A DNA stretch of 64,000 bases from Entomortierella parvispora E1425 (Eukaryota; Fungi; Mortierellomycota). The position numbers and the translations under genes were made by a program. The notes beneath the pieces are model-generated. The model saw nothing but the letters and a program-made list of their open reading frames with translations, did not search any database and was not told where the DNA came from. The stretch lies in contig BQFW01000007.1 of the NCBI GenBank assembly GCA_020891255.1, forward strand, positions 186,001 to 250,000. Reading direction: 5' to 3'. Positions 1 through 11,439 of this stretch are shown one piece after another. Numbering within the stretch: position 1 is the first letter of the stretch; every line of letters starts with the position of its first letter.

Positions 1-3000
1 CCTCTGATTCCTCAGGCGCTCGTGCTCCTCTGCCAACTTGTGCTGAGTGAGCACCATGGCTACGGAGGCTGGAAGTGTTGGATGGTTGGGATGATGAAGA
101 TGAGGACGATGACCTTGAATTTGATTTGGGGCTCGATCCAAGAAACTCCCCCATCCTCCATCTGTGATTCATACAGGCGGAACCGTGGAAGCATCGACTA
201 CATATTACCACCCGATCATCCACGCTGCAGTCTTGACAGTGGTAAATGTCCTCGCCAGGCTTAAAGATATGTCGACAGCGATCGGGGCGGTCCTGTTGCC
301 GGTCGCCTTGAACGGGGGTATCTAGTTTGGGAGTTGGAGGCTCAGATATCGAGCCGTCTCTATCTATTTGATCCGATCCTGGTATTGTGTTCAGTGCCGA
401 GTGGCGTTTTATGGGTTTTTCCTTTGAGGGCGAAGGTCTCTGAGTTTTCGATGGTGATGACAGGGTGGATGACTTGTCTTTAAGGGCCGATGGTATCAGC
501 GGTGATGATGGTTGACGAAGGTACTCTGGTCCAAGCTGGCCCACACTGTGATACGAGCATGGGATGTCTTTGCTCCAAGATTTACTGTCCTGGCAACTGC
601 AAATTGTCCCATCATCAGCTATCTGAGCGGTTGTGCTGTGTCCGAAATGATTTTGCTGTTCAGAAAAAGAAAAAAAAAGCAGTTAACTTCCCTTCCTGGG
701 GTTACCAAAGCACCAAGAGTTGGAACCTGTAACTTACTGAGCGAAAGCAGCGCGCACAAAGAACTGAGGTTTCAGATCCATTGACGGCGCAGGTCTAGTC
801 GGATATATTTTGATAGGAAGTTCATTTTGATATTAGCGTCCAAATCAATATTTTGACGCGACAACAAAGAAGGCAAGCAATTATTGTTTTAAAAAGTACC
901 TGACAACTGTACACCATCTCCCCTGGCTTAAATGTCATTGAGCATTGCTTGCCTTTGCCAAGTCTTGAGTACGTGCGGTGGCTCTCGGCGCAATGGATGG
1001 AGCAGTGCAAAGAGTGATGAGGCTTAAGCCTCGATCGGTCCTCACATACACAGATGGATGTGCCCCAAGAGCACTGTAGGTACATGGTATGGTCTGTATG
1101 GTCGGAGGCTGTCCAATGGAAAAAATAAAGCGGCTGGTGAGAAACAAAATCATCCAAGAGGTCCTGCGGATGAAAAGAATCTCTTGACGGAATCCTAGCC
1201 ACTTACCTCTGAAACATCGCATACAGAGAACATCCGCAGGGCAGGTTTTACAGATCACATATGTTTCGCCATACGGGATAACATGTCGACATGGGGCGCC
1301 TCGCGCCAGTGGCAAGTATTCAGGTAGCTCCATCTTTGCGTTCCTGGTTGAGAACCAGTAGGAGACCAACCAGACGCGGTCACCATATGATACTTTCCAG
1401 TCCTTCCGTGTCCTGATCAGATCCTTGGCTGGTAGAATAATCCACTTTGAAGCGGTGTACATTTTGCTATCACATGCAACTGTCGGGCATCATCAAAATC
1501 TCGGTTCAGTCTAAAACTCTCTGGTATCCAAGCCAATGAACAAGCGCGAGTAGAGGGCCAGTTCTTACCTGCATTCTGCCTAGAAGACCCTTCGTGGTTA
1601 TAAAGCCATGTCCAGATCCATGCGTATTGTTGAGTATTGGCATGCAATAGATGAAGGGTCCATCCGAACTGGACGACAACTCGACTTTCCGATTCTTTGG
1701 CAATGCTTTTGAATGCGGTTCCAGTTTTACTGCCTTTTGCTACTCCCGTCGCCTGTGCTGCTCCCGATGGTACTTCAGCTGTAGCCGTCTTATTCCTAAG
1801 GTCGTGCCATAGAGTATTTCTTGGATATTAGAAGACTGAACGTAATGATGATATTAACCTTGAGAGTATATGTACCTGGATGCGTTCAGACGAACTGTCG
1901 ACACTGCCTTTACTCCAGACACTGTGCTCTTTGTCTGCAAAATTTCTGCTATGCGCCTTTCCAGTGCTGTTGCAGGAGGCTGAGATATGGCTGGTCGCTG
2001 CATCACTTCTGGAAGATTCTCATCCAAGCTTGCAACAGCTCCATCTTCCCCATCATCAGTGGGCTCTGCCGCCTTTGTCGGCAGGCGCGACAGTCTGTAG
2101 CCTTTGTTCGGATTTACCGGTCGCATGGATGAAGTTGAGCTGCTTGGTGAGATGCCTGATGTAGAAACTGATGTTGAGCCTTTGACAATCAAAGACGATA
2201 GTAGTTCTAGAAATCCGGTTGATTCGTCCTGCAACATTTCATTCAATGTCGAAAATGTTGTTGTCGCCTCCAGACTGGGTATACATTTTTCCAAGAACCT
2301 TTGGCGAATCTGCTCAGACAAACGGACAAACTGCATGTAATCCTAGTTGGACATTAATGAGATTATCGCCAGTGATTAGCATCTGACCAGTTGAAGCTTG
2401 TCCGTTACAAGTGAGGGATGCCACAAATCAATGTTCTGCCTTACTTTCATATGGCCATCCTTGTCTGATGTCTCTAGAGGGTTGGACTCTCCAGTGGCCT
2501 CTTCCTCTGCATCTAATGCATCCAATGCTTCCTCGCTGAATGTGCTCTGCCATAACTCATCCAATAAATCGATGTGATAGCTCTTGAGTGCAGAAGCGTT
2601 TGCAGTATAGTATTCCATGTATAGTCCACCTGAAGGCTCCATTGGAGAATAAGTTGCTTTCACATCCGATGCCATCGTGACTGGAAGCGACGTAGGTCGA
2701 TTCCCAACAAGACACATCTCTCGGATTTTCGGCATCAATAACTGCTTCAGATCGACGTCCAAAGGTAGAGTCAAGAATTGAACCTCAGCCATCGCCAACG
2801 CTGTCGACTGAGCCTCATTATGAATCATTGCTAGTGTGTGCCATGGGACTGGAATCGGCGTTTCGTCCAAATGCTTATTCATAGTTTCGTGATAAGTTGC
2901 ACCAGCAGTCAAGAGAATCCGCTCGCTTATAAGTGTCTGTTGTATGACCTGAGGTCGGTGGTGAGAACTGCCGTGCAATCCTCTTCCGGCATCTGACGTT

Positions 3001-4223
3001 GATGGGGGTGGAGATAGTCCAGCTGCCTTTTCTAACTGAGATAGCCCCACTGAGATATTGACGTACAGAAGGAGCCCTGGTTGTCGGAAGGAGCCAATCG
3101 AGAAAGCAGATAGTCAGTGGATGTCAATGTTATTAAGATACTGCCTCAATTATGTCTCATAGATCCATTACCATTGATGAGCTGATCATTCTCCAGTGGA
3201 GAAGCATCCTTATCGGCCACAATATCCTCTGTCCAAGACGCTAACGACTGCATTCCCTTCAAGGTTCCATCCTGTGTGTCATCCTTTTGATCCTGCAAGT
3301 CATTGGTAAGAAGGCCCTCTATACCCAAGTTCTCTGATTGCTGAGAGTCCAATTGCTCCAAAGGCTCTTGAGTTGGCGGCGGATAATAGTTGATGGCCTC
3401 AAAAAAGCGGCCTATTGTCTCTACATCCCTCTGACTGTCATTATTGCGCCAAGCCAGCAGCTGCTCCAGTCCTGCCGAGCCCGACTCCTTCTCAGACTCC
3501 TGCCCCGTCTCTCCATCTGTTTCAACAACAGCTCCATACCGGGACCACCATGACAAAATGGGTCGCCCATAGGTCGCCAAGGAAGGTTCAACCTCAGTGA
3601 CCTCTTCCACATCCTCGAGTGCAGGGCAGATTGTAGCAAGATCGGCTTGAGCATCTTTCTGGTTATCAGAAACGACGGTCAGACGAGCTGAAGTCAATGC
3701 TGTGAGTGCCAAAATGAGTCGATCGACAGGGCTAATGTTCCCATGCTCCTTGCCATGGTTTTGCGAAGAGAGATCTTGTTCTGATCCATGGGCCAATAGG
3801 GGTATCAAGTAAAGGTATCTTGGCGCCGAGGAAGAAATCAAAGTGGGGATACCATCCATGTCCGTGGCCAGTCTTTTAGTCTCCGACACAAAAGCCCATA
3901 TCCCCGTTGTTGCAGCTCCTGTACTGTCAAGATCGTCCTTGTAGAATCGCCGGTAGAGAGCTGACCAAAGAGCTTCTTGAATGTCTCTCCTGCAGGAATC
4001 TGGTTGTTCGTCGAGAGTAAGGAGAATTAGCTTTGGGAAGCAAGGCAAGGCAGGGGAAGTTTCCTTGAATAACATGGTGCAACGCATACTTACAAAACGA
4101 GACAACGACCAGGGGATTGACGATGGACTCGAGGATGGTTCGTGCCGAGTCGGGGATGGTGACAGTCGGGTTGGCCTGCTGCTGGCCAGGACGTGTTGTC
4201 TTTGCCAACTGAAATATCGTCAT
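1..4223 (-). CDS. Multi-exon GBP/atlastin-like pseudo-GTPase with helical domain and three tandem UBR-box zinc fingers; 3' end lies beyond the window edge
   Basis: ATG at 4223; exon 1 4223-4094, intron 4093-4000 (gtaagt..ccag). Further phase-compatible introns join the ORFs 3146-4105, 2376-3050, 1854-2336, 935-1462 and 822-1202. GBP-like blocks: TILESIVNPLVVVSF, TTGIWAF, DRLILALTALTS, RPILSWWSR, IGRFFEAINYYPP, INGGLL, AGATYHETM. UBR boxes: CRHVIPYGETYVICKTC..LCMRCF..H..H..CVCED..CSIH; CSMTFKPGEMVYSCQTC..LCARCF..NHFGH..CSCQD..CSYH; CRHIFKPGEDIYHCQDC..ICSRCF. Confidence 0.8.
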
Positions 4224-4703
4224 GGCGAATAGAGAGAAAAGAAGCGCACAGGCACCCGACCTGCTGCAGAGATGGACCGATGAAATGGACGGAGCGGAAT
4301 GACGAATGCCTTGCCGGAATGAATGCGATTGTAGAAAGGATGGGGGGAAGAATGGAAGGAAGGAACAGAAAAGGACATGCTATGCCCCCTCTTTTGTTTC
4401 CGTCGCCCCCTTGTGTTACAGTCCAAGGGAACGAGGTGGGTTGGTAGGGAGACAAGCAGGGGTGGGACCTCGGGATGTTGCCATGACAACGAGACATGAG
4501 CACATGGGGACATTGGAAGAGGAGAATGCATGGGTCGACAGCATGTGGCGGGTGATGCCGTTCTTGCCAATGAACAGGACATTTGGAAGAGAATAAAATG
4601 AACAAAAGGAACAAAAGGTCAAGGAGCAAAAGGGTGTATACATGTAGTTCAGGCCCAGTTGGCCGCAGACAAGGCGGGACACGGGTCGGACAGACGAAGG
4701 ATT

Positions 4704-4722
4704 CCTTTCTTCCTTCTTTCCT

Positions 4723-4770
<48 letters not shown>

Positions 4771-4785
4771 TCATTCTTTCTTTCT
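4704..4785. repeat. (CTTT)n microsatellite
   Basis: Long run of tandem cttt units, directly visible; it produces the spurious KERK/SFFL ORFs. Confidence 0.95.
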
Positions 4786-5474
4786 CTTTTCTCCTGTGCA
4801 AGATGGAAGGTGCAAGCTGGCCGTCTTGTCTTGTCTTTTGCATCAATGATTCCAGGCAGACTGGCTGTGATCCTTGACATCTCTCGCACGTGCTTGTCCA
4901 AGCTACATCCTGGATCTCTTGCTTGAATCCCGGGCCCCTTGCATCCCCCTCAGCTCCTTGCTTCCTGGTTCGAGACAAGGACGACGCGAACGGGACGCGT
5001 GCAGCCTATGGTTCCCCTGCTCTGGCGGCATTTCTTTTTCTTTTTGTGCATCGCAGTGCCCCCCTCAACAACACGCATCGAGTTGCTCACTTGCTCTCCC
5101 AGAGTCGTCCCCCTTGCTTCTGAGCAAATCCCCATGTGGAACTTTGGGCAATAATGCCAACGACTTAATGCCACCCCCCCTTCGCTCTCATTCTTTCTCT
5201 TTGCCAAGCAGTCCATAGGATCGACTCCAACAAAGCAAACATCCTTGGTTTCTCGTGGTTTATTACATTACTTTTCTTTTGTGCCTATGATATGATATGA
5301 GTTAAGATAAAATGGATACGTGGGATGAAGTATCCGTCAGATGAAAGAGATTTTTTTTCCTTCTGAGAGGCACTGTCCTCCTCCTTGCTCTGTTTTTTTC
5401 AAAAAAGAAACCTGGACTTGATTCGCCTTATTTTTTTGCTCTCTCTCTCTCTCTCTCGCTCTCTCTCTCCTTCT

Positions 5475-6062
5475 TTAAAGAAGAAGAGAGGCCACTGCTG
5501 CAACCACGACCAAGGCCGCAGTTGATCCTGCCTTCAACACGCCCATGGCAGCGTTCGTTGCCTTGGGGGTGGCGGTGGGTGTGGTCACAGTTGGCAATCC
5601 AGTGGTGGTGGCAGCGGTGGGCAAAGCCGAAGTCGTGGCTGCTGCGGTAGTCGCCGTGGGCAAGGACGCAGAAACGGACAAGGGTGGGACCGTGCTCATG
5701 ATCGTGAATTGAGCCGAGTAGCTCTGGTTGCCACCATCGACCACCAAAATGGAGTAGGTTGAACCCTGAGGAACCGTGGCTGGGACTTGGACCTGGGTCG
5801 AACCGGCCTGCGAGCAGTCCAGAGTACCAATTGCAGTTGTGTTGGGTACTTGGACTTGGAGAGTGCCGACCTGGTAGTTGAGAGTGATGGGGAAGGTGGT
5901 GTTACCGGAAACATCGTCGCAGGTGTTGGTCCAAGAGACGGTCGCAGACTGGCCAGCGGTCCACTGAGTGGCGCCGATAGGCTCAGAGAAGGACAGCAGC
6001 TGGGCAGTTGCCTGGGAGGCCAGGGCCAAGGTAGAAAGCGCAACGATAGCGAAGGACTTCAT
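5475..6062 (-). CDS. Secreted, probably GPI-anchored Ser/Thr-rich cell-surface protein (Kre9/Knh1-like N-terminal domain)
   Basis: Single 195-aa ORF: signal peptide MKSFAIVALSTLALASQATA; domain with WTAGQSATVSW, G-TYSILVVDGG and YSAQFTI; Thr/Ala-rich stalk; hydrophobic C-terminus (NAAMG..TAALVVVAAVASLLL). Confidence 0.85.
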   Translation of the reverse strand: MKSFAIVALSTLALASQATAQLLSFSEPIGATQWTAGQSATVSWTNTCDDVSGNTTFPITLNYQVGTLQVQVPNTTAIGTLDCSQAGSTQVQVPATVPQGSTYSILVVDGGNQSYSAQFTIMSTVPPLSVSASLPTATTAAATTSALPTAATTTGLPTVTTPTATPKATNAAMGVLKAGSTAALVVVAAVASLLL

Positions 6063-7366
6063 GGCGGTGATGGATGTAAGAGGGGTGAGTGGAGGAAAGG
6101 AGCTGAAGGAAAAAAGATCGGATGACGGTTTTGTGGACGAAGAAAGAAGAGCAGAAAAGAGAGGACATTTGGATATTTATACTCAATTAGGAATGGTCCA
6201 ACGGACGGGGTTCATTATTTGTCCCTCTTTGTCGCAATGAGATTGGCCTGGAGGAGAGGGGATTCCGCGGCTGGCACGCTCTATCGCACGCACAGGCTGC
6301 TCTCTGGTCTGTGTTGACTCGAGGTGGACATGCCTTCGACTCTCTACCCCCCACTCCGCTCCAGAGAACAGACCATCTCGTTCCGATCCAGCCACATCTT
6401 ATAGCATAATGGCGCAACTATGGCCGGTCAGGTCGGTGCCATAGCCACCCTCCATCGCCCTTGGTCCTCTTTCCTCCTGGATTAAAAAGAGAATACGCGC
6501 ACCAAGGAGAAAAGTGCTACAGCTTGTTCAAGTGAGCATAGAAGAGAGCTCTTTTCATCTCCTCGTCTCTCCTCTTGATACTTGTTGTCTTTGCAAGGAG
6601 GAGGGGGCAAGGCACGATAAACGCGGGGTGCTAACCGGGCCTCTCTCTCTCACTTCCATTCTGCCTCTCTCTTTCTGTCTCTCTTTCTATTTCTCTGTTT
6701 AATTGTTCTCGCCAGAGAGCAGCACGAGAAAAAAGACTTGTTGCATCCTATGATCCTGAACGTTCAAGGAATAAAGGTATTCCTCCCCTCCTTTTATTTC
6801 ACCCTGCATTTCCCCTCTCAGTGAGCGAACCAAGAAGAAAATCCTCGCCAATTTGAGACGAGCTGTCAATCTCTTCTCTATCCGGAGATTAGATGATGCG
6901 AACTTTTGGAACCATGCTGGGTTCGCACCACCTATTTTTTCCTTGTCTCCTATTCCTTGGTGGGCACCTATGTGACTTACCCCTCTCCCCTATCATCCCT
7001 CCCTCCTTTCCTTGTCACCCAGTTTCATTCCGGTGGCAGAAAAGGCTAGCGAGCTAGGGAAAGGCAACTTCTTTCTTTGGGACACTGGACAACGGACAGG
7101 GTAAAATGAAAAATAGACCTTTTTTTTTTCTTTTTTTTTTGCACAAAAGGGGGTGTGTGCGCGTTGGTGTTTGCTGTTGCTGTCCACCCACCCTTTCTAT
7201 TTTCAGCAGAGTGTCAGTAACTGTTTTTTTTTTTGCGGTTGCGATCTGCTGGTTGCACCAAAGTCCAGAAGAATCGAGACTGTTCGCCAATCGAGGTCTG
7301 TTTTTTAAGCGCGTGCGTTATTTTTTTGAGAGGTTGAGCTGTGAGCACTTGGGTCGAGCCAGCCAA

Positions 7367-7418
7367 AGGGTCCCACCCTAGTTAAATGAAAGAGGGTCCC
7401 ACCCTAGTTAAATGAAAG
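7367..7418. repeat. Perfect 26-bp tandem duplication (agggtcccaccctagttaaatgaaag x2)
   Basis: Two identical copies at 7367-7392 and 7393-7418, followed by a partial third (aggg). Confidence 0.95.
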
Positions 7419-8637
7419 AGGGCCCCCTCCTCTCCAATAGCAACATTATCCTCCACCAACGAATCTCGGAACATCATTCGCTGTGCACAACGAGCAGTAA
7501 CATTTGGCTGGTTCCTCCATTCAAAAGACAAAGACTGATGGGGCTATGTCGTCACTGAGGGTCTAGGAGAGCCCAAAGGCAAGCCACATCGAGTCCCCCA
7601 GGAGTGGGCACCTGCCCAAGTTCGAATTGAGAGATTTGGATTGAAAGGATGGTAAGGTAACCCGGTGATCTCCTTAGCTGCTAAAGAGTGCAAGGACACT
7701 TGACCCTTCACACAATTGACTCACTTTGAGATTCTGCAGCTTCACGACTGCAATGACTAAGGATCGTCCCTCAGAAGGACAGGAGTGGTGTTGCTCACAA
7801 GAAATGGGCGTCGTTTTCATTTTGGTGGCAAGGGAAAATCTTTCCACTTGGTGGCAACCAAAAAGGTCACATGACGTCGGGCATTCTGTGCTGGTGGCTA
7901 TCCTTCCAGTACGGAGAACCACCCTCCCACATCGGTGACTCCTCTCCTATGTTGAGGAGTGCCATATCCACCACAGGACACTATGAACAATTGAGCACCT
8001 GCTCCCATGAAAAGAAAAGAAAAAAGAAAAGAAGAGAGAAAAAGAGATGCCCGCTTGAGCATCAAACGAAGAGGCGAACAAGCCCTTGGCACCTAGAGAG
8101 CCCTTTTGCTCTGCCTCTTTGGTGCGACAGACATGGCGGTCATGGGAGAATGCGGGGAGATGCTCGCCCAATTGCCCCTTGCACCTAGACGGTGTGGGGG
8201 GGGGGGGGAAGTAATAATTCATGAGAAGCGAGGGGGTGAGCAAGAGAGAAGGAAAGATGCACGTCCCGGAATCGCCCTTGGTTGGCTCCACCGAACTCTG
8301 TCCGCCTGGATCGATCTTGTCCGCGAGCGCGGGCATTTTCGACCTTATTTTGTTCTTTAAGAAGACAAGACCCGTCATGATTTCATGTGTCTGACACGAC
8401 CAGTATCTGTCCAGCCTAGCCTCCCTCCTTTCATCCTCCATGTCGCTCCTCGTCGTGTCCTCCTTGACCTGCCGTCGTCCTACTTCTTTGTCCACCCTTC
8501 GCTCGCCTCTCTTCTCTTCTATTTCTTCTTCTTTTCATCTCTCTTCTCATTCCCATTCATTCTTCCGTCTCAGACTCAGACTCTTCTCTTCCTCTTCCTC
8601 TCCCTTTACTTCATTCCAATCTCATTCATCCATCACA

Positions 8638-11439
8638 ATGCCATTCGACTCCAAGGTTCCCGGTGTCACCATTCTCGCCAAGGTCACCCCCGAGTACGCC
8701 CAGATCCTCACCCCCGAGGCCCTCCAGTTCGTCGCTACTCTCCACCGCTCCTTCAACCATACCCGCAAGACTCTTTTGCAGAAGCGTGTTCTCCGTCAAC
8801 AACAGATTGATCAAGGCATTCTCCCCGACTTCTTGCCTGAGACTGCCGCCATCCGTGAGGATGTCTCCTGGAGAGGTGCCATCCCCGCCCCCGGCTTGGC
8901 CGATCGTCGCGTCGAGATTACTGGACCCGTCGACCGCAAGATGGTCATCAATGCCTTGAACTCTGGTGCTGCCACCTTCATGGCCGACTTTGAAGGTACG
9001 TTCCTTTTTATAATTCATGTAGACCCTTTATTTCCTTTTCTTTCTTTCTTTCTTTCTCAACCGCTGCATGGTGGTGCCCGCAGATCCATTGACGCCCTCA
9101 AAAAGGGCAAGAGGGGCCCGAAAAGGGTGAAAAAAAAGGTCGACATGGACAGGAAATAGGAGAAGCTTTTTCTGTCGGGATCGTAGTGATTTCTGGGTGG
9201 GGACCACACGAACAAAACGAAGATTGACTGATAGCAAGGAGAAACGGAGGATGAGGTGGGAACAGCGCGTGGTGAACGTGAAGAAAAAAAAAAGTGGACA
9301 CAGTGCCGTCATATACGTTGCGTGTGATTATGTGTGTCACTCTTAGTGCATCCCCACGGACACACACGGAACACAAGAGTTTGTTTCTTGTGCATGAACA
9401 AGAATTAAGCCGACCAGAAGGAAACAAACACATCCACATGGCAGAGGACGTTCTGGAAAACTTTTGACTGGAGTCCGTGGGTGTGCGCATGAGCGAATGA
9501 CTAACAACGAGCCACTTAGTGTTTGACTCTGTTGGAGTGCTGAGCGTGAGCGTGTGAAGAGCTTGTATCCATTACCACGAGGGAGCGATGTGTCTGCTCT
9601 GCCATAAGTCCAATAAGGGAAGGTCGAGCGAGGGCACTGGCCGGGATCACCCCGCATTTTTTCAGCGAATCGGCGTCGAGTCCACCTTTTCGTTCTTTTT
9701 TTACCTCTCCCACAGAAAAGCCGACTGTGAAAAGTGCGTAAAGAGAACAAGGTCAAGAGGCAAAGTCTGTGGACCATGGGTGTGTGTGTCATCGACAATT
9801 GTGAGAGCACCTCGAACAGAGAGAGAAAGGACTCGATCGACCCGACTTTGACCGACAAGCGGGTCGTTTGTTCACTTTCTAGCAACTCTTTTTTTTTTTT
9901 TTTTTTTTTTTGGCGCTAAGAAGGAGTAGTAGAAGGCATTAGTCAAAGGGTGGTCCAATTCTTGACATCATCGATAAGACCATGCATGCTCATTCTTCAA
10001 GAAAGATGAAGAAGAAGGGAAAGGCGGGTGTATGGTGGTAGAGGTTATGCATGCACATTCATGGAAAGCAGTGGATGCGCAAAGGGAAAGAAAAGAAATT
10101 AATTCACACCGATCTTGATTTGCACGTGCTAACCTCCAACGGATCATCGTTTCCAATAGACTCTAACGCCCCCACTTGGGAGAACAACATCTCGGGTCAG
10201 ATCAACATGAAGGATGCCATCCACCAGCGCATCTCTTACACCGCCCCCAACGGCAAGCAGTACAACATCCGCAAGGACGGCAAGGTCGCCACTCTCATTG
10301 TTCGTCCCCGTGGATGGCACTTGGACGAGAAGCACGTCTTGATTGACGGCCAGGTCACCTCTGGATCTCTCTTTGACTTTGCTCTCTACTTCTTCCACAA
10401 CGCCAAAAAGTCGGTCGAGATTGGCATTGGCCCATACTTCTACCTCCCCAAGATGGAATCTCACCTCGAGGCACGTCTCTGGAACGACGTTTTCAACATG
10501 TCTCAGGATTACATCGGGATGCCCCGTGGAACCATCCGTGGAACCTGCTTGATCGAGACCATCATGGCCGCTTTCGAGATGGAGGAGTTCATCTACGAGT
10601 TGCGTGAGCACTCTTCGGGATTGAATTGCGGTCGCTGGGATTACATCTTCTCGGTCATCAAGAAGTTGCGCCAGAACCCCGCTTTTGTCTTGCCTGACCG
10701 TTCTGATGTCTCCATGACCACCCCCTTCATGGATGCCTATGTCCGTCTCTTGATCAAGACCTGCCACAAGCGTGGTGTCCACGCCATGGGAGGTATGGCC
10801 GCTCAGATCCCCATCAAAAACAACGAGGCTGCCAACAAGGCTGCTATGGAGAAGGTTTTGAACGACAAGCTGAGAGAGGTCAAGGCCGGTCACGACGGTA
10901 CCTGGGTTGCCCACCCCGATCTCGTCAAGTTGGCCCTCAAGGTCTTCAACGAGCACATGCCCCAGCCTAACCAGTTGCACGTCCGTCGCGATGATGTCCA
11001 CGTGACTGCTCAGGATTTGTTGAACACCAACGTGAAGGGAGGCAAGATCTCAGAGGCCGGTATTCGTGCCAACGTTTCGGTCGCATTGATTTACATGGAG
11101 GCGTGGTTGCGCGGCGCCGGATGTGTGCCCATTCATAACTTGATGGAGGATGCCGCCACCGCCGAGATCTCACGTTCTCAGCTCTGGCAGTGGGCCAAGC
11201 ACCACGCGAAGACTGACAAGGGCGTGACCGTCACTGCCGACTACCTCTTGAAGGTCTTGGACGAGGAGGTTGATCAGTTGGCCAAGGAGATGGGTGAGCA
11301 GCGTTTCAAGGCCTCCAAGATCTTGCAGGCCAAGAAGCACCTTGCCACTCAGATCACTGGAAAGGACTATGCCGACTTTTTGACCTCTTTGCTCTACGAG
11401 GACATTGTTGTCCTTGAGGATGTCAAGGCCAAGTTCTAA
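8638..11439 (+). CDS. MLS1: Malate synthase (glyoxylate cycle), probably peroxisomal
   Basis: Exon 1 8638-8995, intron 8996-10159, exon 2 10160-11439 join ADFE-DSNAPTW. Motifs [60 protein letters not shown]-terminal AKF resembles a PTS1 signal. Confidence 0.97.

Noticed and set aside
3950-4223. F-box reading of SCRRDIQEALWSALYRRF
   Set aside because: The surrounding blocks fit the GBP fold collinearly over several hundred residues; this segment is the degenerate P-loop region.
4416-4978. ORFs rich in KERK or SFFL repeats
   Set aside because: They are translations of the (CTTT)n microsatellite.
10144-11001. 285-aa antisense ORF over malate synthase (similarly 56699-57985 and 8626-9018)
   Set aside because: These are shadow ORFs caused by strong codon bias on the coding strand; they show no motifs.
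8638-11439. Malate synthase as part of the NRPS cluster (precursor supply)
   Set aside because: It is a conserved primary-metabolism gene more than 3 kb away, with no sequence evidence of a link.
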